Shown: positions 19,487 to 30,185, counted from the stretch's first letter. The stretch is DNA of 57,794 nucleotides from Crocinitomicaceae bacterium (GCA_045105095.1 JBGCDF010000302.1:1-57794), one strand, 5' to 3'. The notes: generated from the letters alone by a model not told the origin. Translations and numbers: made by a program.

Positions 19487-20845
19487 CTAGTTCCCTAGAA
19501 TATTTATTTGTACGAGGTAACGAAAATACGTGAACGCTGCAGTGGGTGAATCTGTTCCATTTCCGGAGTCATTGTAAACGCCTGCTTTAAAATAGAAGTT
19601 ATCCTTCACACCGGTTTCAAACCATTTGTCAACGATTTGATTATCGCCGTTACCCTTCGTAAATGTAAAATTATTATAAGTATCACCTTCCTCTGCTACA
19701 ACTCTAATCGAATTGGACTTAACCTCTAATTTTAAAAATAAATTTTCCCCCGAAGAGTATGGAATTAGACTCACCTCTTGAGTAGTGCCTTCTTCTTTGA
19801 TATATGATTGAGTTAGAACGGCCCATATCGAGTCATTTCTAATTTCAACTCTTAATAAAGGTCTTTGGGCATTACCTCTACAATGAACTTGAGCAATAGT
19901 CACACCATCACTAGGATAGTCTGTGAAAGTTGCATTATAGCTCATTGTTCGTTTATCGCTCAAAGAGAACTGGTATGCAGCATCCAACTTCCATTCTGTT
20001 CTTTTACCAGAAGCAGGGCAACTCTTCAAAACATATGAGTCACCGTGTTTCGCGTAATATTCATTACCACCTGATGATGTGTAGGACTGATATTTTTCTA
20101 GATATACATTTGGATTTGTAGTCTTAGACCCGTTTGATTCATCGCACCACTCCGTAGTTTCAATTCCAAACCCCTCCAATTGGAAAACACCATAATTCGC
20201 AGGAACTTCGTAGAACAGCCATTTTTGATTGTTATTACCTGTACTGTTCCATTGATGAATATTACCACCGTCAGAAGTACTAAAACCTTCAACATCTAAT
20301 AATTTATTGCTCCCTACGTTTTTAATTTCGTAGCCCGAAGACGCACTTCCATGAAACGTGAACTGTTGATTCGTTTGTTGAGAATAATTCCATTGCTGAA
20401 TATTTCCTCCAGGCGCTGTACTGAATCCCTCTACATCTATGACTTTATTGCTGTTGACACTCTTTATTCTGAATGTACCTGTGCCAGCGTTGCTGTGTAT
20501 TTTCCATTGCTGGTTATCTCCACCCGTGAAGGTATATTGTTGAATATTCGCGCCATTCTGATCACTCCAGTCAGGTCCATGCACCGGACTCCAATCAGCA
20601 ACATCTAGAAACTTACCGCTATGAACACTTTTTATAAAATATGTTTTACCAGCCTCAGGATCGACAGGGTTAGTTGTTGGCTCGGCAGCAGCTTTCAATG
20701 AAAATGGAATACTTGACTCACCCGAATCCGTTGTGTTAATAGGAATATTTAACTGTTCTTTTTTACAACTAGTTGCGAATAAAACTGATAGCACTACTCC
20801 AGAAGTGACAATTACCGTCTTATTCAAAATTCTTTTTGTTTTCAA
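19487..20845 (-). CDS. Lipoprotein with a ricin-B/CBM13 beta-trefoil and a PL7-family alginate lyase domain
   Basis: Signal and lipobox ..SVLFATSC. Three QxW subrepeats (GDNQQWKI, GGNIQQWNY..QQFTF, GGNIHQWNS..QKWLF). PL7 signatures: RTEWKL (R[ST]E[LV]R-like), AQVH (QIH), YFKAGVYNDS (YFKAGxYxQ). Confidence 0.7.
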   Translation of the reverse strand: MKTKRILNKTVIVTSGVVLSVLFATSCKKEQLNIPINTTDSGESSIPFSLKAAAEPTTNPVDPEAGKTYFIKSVHSGKFLDVADWSPVHGPDWSDQNGANIQQYTFTGGDNQQWKIHSNAGTGTFRIKSVNSNKVIDVEGFSTAPGGNIQQWNYSQQTNQQFTFHGSASSGYEIKNVGSNKLLDVEGFSTSDGGNIHQWNSTGNNNQKWLFYEVPANYGVFQLEGFGIETTEWCDESNGSKTTNPNVYLEKYQSYTSSGGNEYYAKHGDSYVLKSCPASGKRTEWKLDAAYQFSLSDKRTMSYNATFTDYPSDGVTIAQVHCRGNAQRPLLRVEIRNDSIWAVLTQSYIKEEGTTQEVSLIPYSSGENLFLKLEVKSNSIRVVAEEGDTYNNFTFTKGNGDNQIVDKWFETGVKDNFYFKAGVYNDSGNGTDSPTAAFTYFRYLVQINILGN

Positions 20846-20935
20846 TTTTTCAATTTTTAATCAATAGTTTCAGCGAACCTACAAAACTTTAATTTTTTCA
20901 CGTTTTGTTGTTTTTAAAACTTATTGGAAGTCTAG

Positions 20936-20984
20936 TTTTCGATAAACCCACTCTAATTTTCGATAAACACATATTTTTTATCGA
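20936..20984. promoter_or_regulatory. Three copies of a TCGATAAA core (two direct TTTTCGATAAAC repeats 21 bp apart plus one inverted copy) upstream of the lyase gene
   Basis: TTTTCGATAAAC at 20936-20947 and at 20957-20968. TTTATCGA, the reverse complement of the core, at 20977-20984. The sites are 90-140 bp upstream of start codon 20845. Confidence 0.4.
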
Positions 20985-21448
20985 CATAAACTCAAGATGC
21001 GAATATGACTGACTCCACTGAAACTGTCCTTTTAAGGTTAAAAACACGTAACGTAATCCTTAATAGTCTAGATTTTAAATTATCCTTTGAACCTTGTAAG
21101 TCTACATCTCCACTAGACTATTCCACGCAGATGAAAAAGAGCTTCTATCCGTATGTCATTTGAGATTCCATACAACAATTAACCAGCACATGTATTATTG
21201 ATCTAACCCCCTCAAAATCGAAATAATAATGACATTTCGAGGATTGATTGAATAATCGCTTTAACATCCTATCCCAATTCTCCTTTAGCCTTACAGTCGA
21301 ACGTAGTGGGCAAGTCACAAGTTAATATTGTCCTTCTCAATTGAGTTTTTGAGGGATAAAAGAAGGTGTTTATTGATATTGATCATAAATACTCAAAGAA
21401 TTCAGTGGACAATGAACTCGAGCTACACCCAATCTTCGATATTCATTT

Positions 21449-23170
21449 CTAAATATGAGGTCGAATGTCTTTCACATTAAGCTGAAGTGTTTCACGATCA
21501 CGCCAACGATTTATTTCCAAGGTGTAGGCAACATCAAAAGGCATTCCTGAGGCAACATCTTCCTCTTTCTCGGCAAGATTAAACGCTATGGCTTCCATAA
21601 CAACATCTGTTTCAGGTTGAGTGATAGAGAGTTTCAGGTGCGCCTCTTTTAGTACGCGAAGATCGGTTGAGAAAACATTCTTTGAAACAAACACAGGTTT
21701 CATGTTTTCAGGGCCATGAGGTTCGAATTGTCGCAAAATTCGTTTGATTTTCGGGATTTTCAATCTGTTTTCTTCCTTTTGGAAGATCTGATCGAAGGAT
21801 AGCTCCATATCAATTCGCTCCTCTGGAATGAGTAATTTCGGGTCAATGCTTTCCGCTACAACGGACTCAAACGTGGTCATGAATTCGTGAACGTTTTCCT
21901 CCTGCATGGTCAATCCCGCTGCGTACATGTGGCCACCGAATTTTTCGAGTAAATGAGAACACTTCTCGATGGCAGCATGAACATCGAAGCCTTGAACAGA
22001 TCGTGCAGAACCTGTTATCTCGCCATTCGATTTCGTCAAGACGATGGTCGGCTTGTACGATTTCTCAATGATTCTCGACGCGACGATTCCAACTACACCT
22101 TTGTGCCAATCCGAACTGTACACCACATTCGTGCAACGCACTTTCGGGTAAGTTTCAATCATTGCTAAGGCTTGTTCAGTAATGCCTTTATCCAGTTCTT
22201 TTCGTTCTTGATTGTCTTCGTTGATTTCTTCTGCCAAGGTTTGAATTTCTTGCTGATCTCCAGATACCATTAACTGAACCGCATACTTACCAGAGCGCAA
22301 CCTACCCGCTGCATTGATTCGAGGAGCAATGGTGAAAACAACATCCGTTAACGTTACAGGAAAACTGCGGTTTGCCAACACCAACATTTCCCTGAATGCC
22401 ATTCTCGGAGATTGATTCAAGTGCGCTAACCCCAGCATTGCCAGTATTCTATTTTCTCCCGTCACTGGAACCAAATCTGCTCCAATACTCAAGGCCAATA
22501 AATCCAATTGATTCCACAGAGGCTCCATGGGCCATTTTTGATGCTGAAACAGTGCCTGCATCAGCTTAAATCCAACTCCACATCCGCATAATTCGTCGTA
22601 AGGGTAACTACAATCTGATCGTTTCGGATCGAGCACAATTGCATCGGGTAACTCACTTCCTGGACGGTGGTGATCACACACGATTACGTCAATTCCTGCA
22701 GCTCGCGCTTCTGCAACTCTATCCAACGCCTTGATTCCACAATCCAGCGTAATCATCAAATCAATTCCCTGCTTCTTTGCATGTGCAATTCCCGCAGAAC
22801 TCACTCCGTATCCTTCGCTATAGCGATCAGGAATGTAGTATTCGAGATCCTCTAAATGCTCGCCAAGAAGTTGATACAACAAAGAAACAGCCGTTGTACC
22901 GTCGACGTCATAATCACCGTATACTAACACCTTCTCTTGATGCTCAATTGCTTTTACCAGACGATCGACAGCTACATCCATATCTTTCATCAAAAATGGA
23001 TCGTGCAACTGCTCCAGTTTAGGTCGGAAAAACGCCTGTGCATTCTCATAAGAATCTATTCCTCGTTGCAGTAATAATTCGGCAACTACAGCATCAACTT
23101 TTAATTCTGAACGAAACTCCTCTACGGTTGTACTATCTTGCGGTGCACGAACAAACCATCTTTTTTCCAT
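21449..23170 (-). CDS. recJ: Single-stranded-DNA-specific exonuclease RecJ
   Basis: 573 aa. DHH family motifs VYGDYDVDGTTA, LMITLDCG, IVCDHHRP, and GGHMYAAG in the DHHA1 region. Confidence 0.93.
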   Translation of the reverse strand: MEKRWFVRAPQDSTTVEEFRSELKVDAVVAELLLQRGIDSYENAQAFFRPKLEQLHDPFLMKDMDVAVDRLVKAIEHQEKVLVYGDYDVDGTTAVSLLYQLLGEHLEDLEYYIPDRYSEGYGVSSAGIAHAKKQGIDLMITLDCGIKALDRVAEARAAGIDVIVCDHHRPGSELPDAIVLDPKRSDCSYPYDELCGCGVGFKLMQALFQHQKWPMEPLWNQLDLLALSIGADLVPVTGENRILAMLGLAHLNQSPRMAFREMLVLANRSFPVTLTDVVFTIAPRINAAGRLRSGKYAVQLMVSGDQQEIQTLAEEINEDNQERKELDKGITEQALAMIETYPKVRCTNVVYSSDWHKGVVGIVASRIIEKSYKPTIVLTKSNGEITGSARSVQGFDVHAAIEKCSHLLEKFGGHMYAAGLTMQEENVHEFMTTFESVVAESIDPKLLIPEERIDMELSFDQIFQKEENRLKIPKIKRILRQFEPHGPENMKPVFVSKNVFSTDLRVLKEAHLKLSITQPETDVVMEAIAFNLAEKEEDVASGMPFDVAYTLEINRWRDRETLQLNVKDIRPHI

Positions 23171-23241
23171 TGCATATGTTTTTAAGGGTAGGTTAATTGT
23201 TATTTTTAAGTGATGCCGATAATGACACTCTAATTTAAGTT

Positions 23242-23892
23242 ATGAAAATACTTGCGATAATCACCTACATTTTTCTCACAGGAACTGCGATTTCCCAAAA
23301 TTCGTATTATTTCTCAAATGCTCTTCCTACGGAAGAGAAAAAGGTGCAAACCGTTGATAAAAAATGGTTTGGTGAGTACAAGGATGAAGAACGATCTTTG
23401 GCCTACAGTTTTACCGAAAATGGAGTTACGATTATTTCCACACAGGTTTCCTCGGTAAGCAAGAAACTGGTTCGTGAGTCATCGAAATATTCTGTGAAAG
23501 ACGACTTTATTCACGGAGTAGTTGAAAACGATTCCCTACCCTGTATTTTGCAAAAAGGATTCTATTATTTCGGAATTCGTAATCGTGACGCAGTGATCTA
23601 TAAGAATTCGCCTACACTCTTAACGCGTATAAGTGATAGAGAATACATTCTGAACTACGAAGAAAATGGAAAGTATCTCCCAGTTAAACTGGTTTTTTCG
23701 AAAGGAAATCTGACCGTAAGTGAATTCGATTATGAACCGGAGCAACGTCAATTCAGTTTTATTGAAACACAAAATGAAACCGAAGAGAATGCACAGAACA
23801 TTATTGTCCTTTCCCCTTCTAATCTTGAATTCGATCAATTAAACTCTAGATATTTTGTTGAAAGAAGCACTTTTTCACTCATCACCGATTAA
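23242..23892 (+). CDS. Hypothetical secreted protein, co-oriented with and 8 nt upstream of the A2M gene
   Basis: 216 aa. Signal peptide MKILAIITYIFLTGTAISQ. I recognise no motif. Confidence 0.5.
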   Translation: MKILAIITYIFLTGTAISQNSYYFSNALPTEEKKVQTVDKKWFGEYKDEERSLAYSFTENGVTIISTQVSSVSKKLVRESSKYSVKDDFIHGVVENDSLPCILQKGFYYFGIRNRDAVIYKNSPTLLTRISDREYILNYEENGKYLPVKLVFSKGNLTVSEFDYEPEQRQFSFIETQNETEENAQNIIVLSPSNLEFDQLNSRYFVERSTFSLITD

Positions 23893-23900
23893 TACACCCT

Positions 23901-26900
23901 ATGATTCGATCTATTCTTTACACAGTAGTTCTCTTAGCCGTTTCATTACTTCTTATGTCACAATCATGTGAGAAGAAAAATAAGGATGCAGCGGAAGTGA
24001 CTCAAACAGAAGAGAGTGCCAAGCCCGAAAAAAAAGAAATGAAAATGCTCAAATACACGTTCTCTGGAAACTATCATGATTCCTGGGCAAAAGTCGATTC
24101 TCTGGAAAGACAAGGACTTTACAAAAGTGCATTGGATGTTGTTAACTCGATTTTTTCGCAAGCTCAGACCGATAAAAACGCACCCCAAATTGTCAAGTCG
24201 GTGATTTTCCGAATGAAGTACAACTCTTACCTAACAGAAGAGGATTTCATTCAGGCCATAGCAGAACTAAACACTCTTTCAGAGAAGGAAGAATTCCCAA
24301 TCAAACCCTTGATTCACTCGGTAACAGCCGAAGTGTACTGGCAATACTATCAGTCGAATCGTTGGACGTTTATGAATCGTTCGGAAACAGTCAACTTTGA
24401 TAACGACGATGTTCGTACCTGGGATTTAAAGAAGATTTCTGCGCACGTCAATAAACATTTCCTTCTCTCTTTGGAAAGCGCTGATAGTTCTCAGCACGCC
24501 GACCTCAATGATTTTAAGGATATTTTATCCCAATCGGAAACGGAAAGAAGCCTTCGTCCAACTTTGTATGATTTTCTCGCACACAGAGCGATTTCTTTCT
24601 TTGCCAATGCTGAATCAGAGCTTGTTCGGCCTGAGGCCAAGTTCGTGATTGATAATGCAGACTATTTCGGATCACCTGCTGAATTTTTGGCTCTCAATCC
24701 TGAATCTACCACTGGGACATCCAATACCTACTTGGCTGTAAAAACGTATCAGGATTTAACTACTTTCCGAATGAGGGATAATAAGCTAGCCCCTTTGATT
24801 GACCTTGAACTCCAACGCTTGAATTTTGTACGCGCGAATTCTGTTTCACCTGATAAGGATGGACAGTATTTAGCGGCATTAAAACGACTTTTAAGCAGGT
24901 ACCCAAATAACGACGCAACCTCAGAGATTCAATTTTACATTGCTACCTACTACAATAATCAGGGGGATCAATACACACTGGATCAGCCCGAAACTCGCTG
25001 GGATAAGGAGCGTGCTTTGACCATTTGTAAGCTTGCCATGAAACAATTTCCAGACACTTATGGGGCGAATTTGTGCAAAGAATTGGCGAACAATATTGAG
25101 ATGAAATCACTTTCGTCTCAAAACGAAGTTGCCTACGCGAAAGGAGAAAACGGACGACTAAGAATCGCATACAAAAACGTTGACAGCGTTTACATTCAAG
25201 TTATCAAAGTTCCAAACGATTTCTATACACAAGGATATAATGGAAGCACAGTCATTGAAGAGCTTTTAGCCAAAGAAATCAATAAAGAGTTGGTTATTGC
25301 ACTTGAAAACCCTGGTGACTATCAAAATCACTCTACAGAGATCGTGCTTCCTCAAATGAATTACGGGCAGTACGCCATTCTGCTCTCCCCTTCGAAATCG
25401 TTCTCGACTGAAAACAACATTGTCTTGCATGATTCCTATTGGGTATCGGACTTGGCCTATACTCACACGAACAATTCCGACAACTCGCATTCGGTATTCG
25501 TAACAGACCGAACTACCGGAAAACCCTTGAATCGTGTGAAAGTGGATTTGTACGAAAGCAAGTACAACTATTCAACGCAAAAGTACGAGACCAAATTACG
25601 GGAATCACTTCGCACTGACTTGAACGGACGATTAACTATCAACCCAAAAGCAAAGTACCGCAATTACATGCTTCAGGTATCATACGGCGAAGATGTGTTT
25701 AATTCAGGCTACGATATCAGTCAAAGTAGAAAAAGTAAAAACAGAACAAATACAACAACTAGTACTTTTTTCTACCTAGACAGAGCTATTTATCGACCCG
25801 GACAGAAAATCTACTTCAAAGGAATAAAAATCAAAAAAACCGGAGAAAAAAATACGCTAGTAACCAATTCAGCATCCAAGGTAACACTGTACGATGTGAA
25901 CTACCAAAAAGTGGCTGAGCTTGATCTCAAAACCAATGAATATGGAACGTTCTCAGGTTCATTTACCGCGCCGAATTCAGGATTGAACGGAAGTATGCGT
26001 ATTCAAGATGAAAACGACTCAAAATACTTCAGAGTTGAAGAATATAAGCGACCAAAATTCGAGGTGGAATTTGCTCCCGTTGAAGGATCATTCAAAATTG
26101 GTGAGCGCATCACGGTAAAAGGAAACGCCAAAGCCTACGCAGGATCAAATATTGACGGAGCAGATGTTCAATTCAGGGTTACTCGTTCATCAAGTTTTAA
26201 TCCGTGGACGTATTATCGATGGGGCTACTACCCTCTTCAATCTTCTCCTGTTGAAATCAAAAATGGAACGCTGAAAACGGACGAAAATGGCGAATTCACC
26301 ATTGAATTCGATGCACTGGAAGATCCAACCATCAATAAGAAATTCTTCCCGACCTACTCGTATGAACTGCACGCTGATGTGACGGACCTTAACGGAGAAA
26401 CGCGAAGTGGAACACAGTATGTGAACGTTGGATATAACTGTCTAAACCTCAACTTGTATATCGAAGATGTGGTTGAGCGCTCTGGAAAGAATACATTCAA
26501 GATCTCAACGACTAATCTTAACGGCCAGAAAACACCTGCACGAGGAAGCATTCAGGTTACTGAGCTAATTGAGCCCGATCAAGTGTTCCGTGCACAACTC
26601 TGGGATCGACCTGACTTACCAAAAATTTCAGAGAAAGAACATCGAACGTTATTCCCACACGATGTATACGCGGATGAAGACGAAGTGAAGAACTTCAAAA
26701 AAGGCAAACAAATCTTAAACCTAAATTTCGAAACTTCAACGTCTGATACGGTAGTCTTCGAGGGTATGAAGTATTGGAAACCCGGTCGATACCTAGTTGA
26801 AACGAAATCCATTGATGCCTTTGGCGAAGCAGTGGAAGAAGTTAAGTACATCACCATTTTAGATAAATCAGCAGGGGGAAACGCAACGAGTACAACCTGG

Positions 26901-29900
26901 AATATGACCCCCATTAAGGTTATGTGCGAACCTGGTGAGACAGCTGAAATGTTGATTTCAACAGCCGCTGAAGATTTGACCATCAATTACGAAGTGGAAG
27001 TGCGTGGAAAAATCGTATCCAAGGACATTCTCACATTGAGCAAGGGTCAAAAATCCATTAAGATTCCTGTTCGCGAAGAGCATCGAGGAAACTTCAGTGT
27101 GACGTTCACATCGATCAAGCATGGTCGATTGCACAGCACCAAGCAAGTGATCATCGTGCCTTATTCAAACAAGCGCCTCGACATTTCATTCGAAACCTTC
27201 AGAAACAAATTGATCCCTGGTGCTCCCGAAGAATGGAAATTGATCATCAAAGGACCCAATGGAGCAAAGGTCGCTTCAGAACTTTTAGCAACAATGTACG
27301 ATGCTTCTTTGGATGAATTTGCATCCAATAATTTCTATTTAAGTCCGTATCAATCGCGTTACTCGTATCGCTATTATTCATCGCATAGTTTTAATAGCTC
27401 TACTGGAAACACCTATGGTCGCGACTGGAACAGCTATTACTCAGCTCCTCGAAGGGCATATGATCAGTTAAACTGGTGGGGATTTGGCGGATATGGCCGT
27501 TATCGAAACGGATATTACAAGTCTGAGGCTGCTTTCCTCTTTGACGACGCTACCATGGATGGAAGTGTTTCCTACAACTATGCCGTGACAGAATCTGCGG
27601 AAATGGAAGAGGTTTCAAATGCAGCAGCCCCTCCTCCGCCTCCTGCGGACAAAAAGGTAGTTGGCAACAATGGCCTTATACAAGAACAACAAACACGAGG
27701 TGATGCATTTGGGGGCGATCTCGATATGAATGGTGGCGGCAAGAAAGAAGGGTTAGGTAGTGTGAAAGCAAGAACAAACCTGAACGAAACAGCCTTCTTC
27801 TATCCTCAGATGGAGACGAATTCGAAGGGAGAAATTATCCTGAAGTTTACTGCTCCAGAAGCTTTGACGAGATGGAAATTCCTTGGGCTTGCTCACACAA
27901 AAGATCTGAAAATTGGAACCATTCAAGAAGAAGTCGTAACGCAGAAAGAATTGATGGTGATGCCAAATGCACCGCGTTTTTTCCGAGAAGGAGATCGAAT
28001 GACCTTTTCTTCGAAAGTGTCGAATTTATCTGAAACAGATTTGAACGGGTCAGCGCAGTTAATGCTCTTTGATGCCTTAACAATGGAGCCGGTTGATTCG
28101 GAGTTTAAAAATACCAATGCGACCATCAACTTTACAGCGAAAAAAGGACAAAGTGCCAAGCTGGCCTGGGACATTGAGGTGCCATTTGGAATCAGCGCAG
28201 TAACATATCGCGTAGTGGCAAAAGCAGGTACTTATTCTGATGGTGAGGAAATGGCATTGCCGGTACTTTCCAATCGCATGTTGGTGACGGAATCACTTCC
28301 GCTTCCAAGTAAAGGAATAGGAACGAAAGATTTCACGTTTGACAAACTGGTGAACAGTGGATCATCTTCAAGTTTAAAGCATCATCGACTTACACTTGAA
28401 TATACATCGAATCCAGCTTGGTATGCTGTTCAGGCCATGCCCTACATGATGGAATTCCCACACGAATGTGCTGAGCAAACATTTACTCGTTATTATGCGA
28501 ATTCTTTGGCTTCGTCCATCGTAAACTCAAGTCCGAAAATCAAAGAAGTATTCGAACAATGGAAGGAAAGTAGTCCTGACGCTTTTTTATCCAACCTTGA
28601 GAAAAATCAAGAGTTGAAGTCGGTGATGTTACAAGAAACTCCTTGGGTACTCGACGCAAAAAATGAAAGTGAGCGCAAAAAACGCGTTGCTCTTCTCTTC
28701 GACTTGAACAAGATGGACAATCAACTGAACAAAGCGATTCGCAAGTTGGAAAACATGCAAGTTTCAAATGGTGGATGGCCATGGTTCCCTGGAATGAGAG
28801 AAAGTCGCTACATCACTCAGCACATTGTTACTGGAATGGGGCACTTGGATAATTTGGGTGTGAAAGATGTTCGCGAAAACCGCAAAACATGGAACATGGT
28901 CCAGAAGGCTGTTGCTTATTTGGATCGTGAGCTTGTGAAAGATTTTAATTTGATGAAGTCACGTGATCCAGATTACAAAGAGAATCAGCACATTAACCAG
29001 ACGGTAATTCACTACCTATATGGACGCAGTTATTTCACGGATATTCCAATGAACAAAGACCTGAAAGAAGCATTTGATTACTATCAGGAACAGGCGGACA
29101 AATACTGGTTGAAATTCAATATTTATAGCCAAGGAATGATTGCGCTTCAAGCGAAACGAAACACTATTGAAACACTTCCAACAAAAATCACAGCTTCCCT
29201 GAAGGAACGATCAATCGTGAACGAGGAATTCGGAATGTACTGGAAGAGCAATACAAGCGGTTATTACTGGTATCAAGCACCGATTGAAACACAAGCGATG
29301 ATGATTGAGGCCTTCGATGAAGTAGCAAATGATCAGGAAGCGGTGGAAGAATTGAAAGTATGGTTGCTCAAACAAAAACAAACAACCGACTGGAAAACGA
29401 CTAAAGCAACGGCCGAAGCGTGTTACGCGCTCTTGCTTCGCGGAACCGATTTGCTTGAAAACAACGAGCAAGTTGCCATCAAAGTAAATAACAAATTGAT
29501 CGATCCCGAAAAGAAAGAAGCGGGGACGGGATATTTCAAAAAGTCGTGGGCTCCAGAAGAAATTGTTCCTGAAATGGGGAATGTGAGCGTTACGCGAACA
29601 ACGGAAGGAGTCAGCTGGGGTGCGATGTACTGGCAGTACTTCGAAGATTTAGATAAAATCACGCATGCAGAAACGCCACTCAAATTGGAGCAACAATTGT
29701 TCTTAGTTCAGAACACGGACAACGGACCTGTGATTACTCCTATTGAAAATGGAACGAAACTTAAACCTGGAGACAAAGTACGCGCTCGTATTGAGTTGAG
29801 AACAGACCGAAATATGGAATACGTGCACATGAAAGACATGCGCGCAGCAGGATTCGAACCTACGAATGTGATTTCTCGCTATAAATGGCAAGATGGTCTT

Positions 29901-30098
29901 GGATATTACGAGAGTACAGGTGATGCGGCAACGAACTTCTTCATGGATTACTTACCGAAAGGTGTGTATGTGTTTGAGTACGATTTGCGCGTAAGTCATG
30001 AAGGAGATTTCTCGAATGGAATTACGACGATTCAGTGTATGTATGCGCCAGAGTTCACTTCACATTCGAATGGTGTGAGAGTGGTTGTTGGAGAGTAG
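23901..30098 (+). CDS. Alpha-2-macroglobulin family protein (large bacterial A2M with a helical N-terminal extension)
   Basis: 2065 aa. Lipoprotein-like signal ..LLLMSQSC. Thioester motif FPHECAEQT (CAEQ encoded at 28467-28478). MG-domain-like repeats. C-terminal receptor-binding-like end ..ITTIQCMYAPEFTSHS. Confidence 0.88.
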   Translation: MIRSILYTVVLLAVSLLLMSQSCEKKNKDAAEVTQTEESAKPEKKEMKMLKYTFSGNYHDSWAKVDSLERQGLYKSALDVVNSIFSQAQTDKNAPQIVKSVIFRMKYNSYLTEEDFIQAIAELNTLSEKEEFPIKPLIHSVTAEVYWQYYQSNRWTFMNRSETVNFDNDDVRTWDLKKISAHVNKHFLLSLESADSSQHADLNDFKDILSQSETERSLRPTLYDFLAHRAISFFANAESELVRPEAKFVIDNADYFGSPAEFLALNPESTTGTSNTYLAVKTYQDLTTFRMRDNKLAPLIDLELQRLNFVRANSVSPDKDGQYLAALKRLLSRYPNNDATSEIQFYIATYYNNQGDQYTLDQPETRWDKERALTICKLAMKQFPDTYGANLCKELANNIEMKSLSSQNEVAYAKGENGRLRIAYKNVDSVYIQVIKVPNDFYTQGYNGSTVIEELLAKEINKELVIALENPGDYQNHSTEIVLPQMNYGQYAILLSPSKSFSTENNIVLHDSYWVSDLAYTHTNNSDNSHSVFVTDRTTGKPLNRVKVDLYESKYNYSTQKYETKLRESLRTDLNGRLTINPKAKYRNYMLQVSYGEDVFNSGYDISQSRKSKNRTNTTTSTFFYLDRAIYRPGQKIYFKGIKIKKTGEKNTLVTNSASKVTLYDVNYQKVAELDLKTNEYGTFSGSFTAPNSGLNGSMRIQDENDSKYFRVEEYKRPKFEVEFAPVEGSFKIGERITVKGNAKAYAGSNIDGADVQFRVTRSSSFNPWTYYRWGYYPLQSSPVEIKNGTLKTDENGEFTIEFDALEDPTINKKFFPTYSYELHADVTDLNGETRSGTQYVNVGYNCLNLNLYIEDVVERSGKNTFKISTTNLNGQKTPARGSIQVTELIEPDQVFRAQLWDRPDLPKISEKEHRTLFPHDVYADEDEVKNFKKGKQILNLNFETSTSDTVVFEGMKYWKPGRYLVETKSIDAFGEAVEEVKYITILDKSAGGNATSTTWNMTPIKVMCEPGETAEMLISTAAEDLTINYEVEVRGKIVSKDILTLSKGQKSIKIPVREEHRGNFSVTFTSIKHGRLHSTKQVIIVPYSNKRLDISFETFRNKLIPGAPEEWKLIIKGPNGAKVASELLATMYDASLDEFASNNFYLSPYQSRYSYRYYSSHSFNSSTGNTYGRDWNSYYSAPRRAYDQLNWWGFGGYGRYRNGYYKSEAAFLFDDATMDGSVSYNYAVTESAEMEEVSNAAAPPPPPADKKVVGNNGLIQEQQTRGDAFGGDLDMNGGGKKEGLGSVKARTNLNETAFFYPQMETNSKGEIILKFTAPEALTRWKFLGLAHTKDLKIGTIQEEVVTQKELMVMPNAPRFFREGDRMTFSSKVSNLSETDLNGSAQLMLFDALTMEPVDSEFKNTNATINFTAKKGQSAKLAWDIEVPFGISAVTYRVVAKAGTYSDGEEMALPVLSNRMLVTESLPLPSKGIGTKDFTFDKLVNSGSSSSLKHHRLTLEYTSNPAWYAVQAMPYMMEFPHECAEQTFTRYYANSLASSIVNSSPKIKEVFEQWKESSPDAFLSNLEKNQELKSVMLQETPWVLDAKNESERKKRVALLFDLNKMDNQLNKAIRKLENMQVSNGGWPWFPGMRESRYITQHIVTGMGHLDNLGVKDVRENRKTWNMVQKAVAYLDRELVKDFNLMKSRDPDYKENQHINQTVIHYLYGRSYFTDIPMNKDLKEAFDYYQEQADKYWLKFNIYSQGMIALQAKRNTIETLPTKITASLKERSIVNEEFGMYWKSNTSGYYWYQAPIETQAMMIEAFDEVANDQEAVEELKVWLLKQKQTTDWKTTKATAEACYALLLRGTDLLENNEQVAIKVNNKLIDPEKKEAGTGYFKKSWAPEEIVPEMGNVSVTRTTEGVSWGAMYWQYFEDLDKITHAETPLKLEQQLFLVQNTDNGPVITPIENGTKLKPGDKVRARIELRTDRNMEYVHMKDMRAAGFEPTNVISRYKWQDGLGYYESTGDAATNFFMDYLPKGVYVFEYDLRVSHEGDFSNGITTIQCMYAPEFTSHSNGVRVVVGE

Positions 30099-30116
30099 TA
30101 GTTAGAGATTGAGTGC

Positions 30117-30185
30117 GGACTTCGGCTCCGCTCAGTCCTCGAAAGTTGAGATAAAAATCAGGAGGGCTGAGCGGAGCCGAACCCC
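30117..30185. repeat. REP-like palindromic element, copy 1 (about 24-bp arms)
   Basis: GGACTTCGGCTCCGCTCAGTCCTC (30117-30140) pairs with GAGGGCTGAGCGGAGCCGAACCCC (30162-30185) with 3 mismatches. The loop contains AAAGTTGA. Same family as 37671-37745. Confidence 0.7.

Noticed and set aside
20846-21448. Hidden protein-coding gene in the 603-bp gap
   Set aside because: Only very short ORFs (about 10 aa or fewer in the frames I read) with no start context or motifs. I treat the gap as non-coding or regulatory, though a small RNA cannot be excluded.
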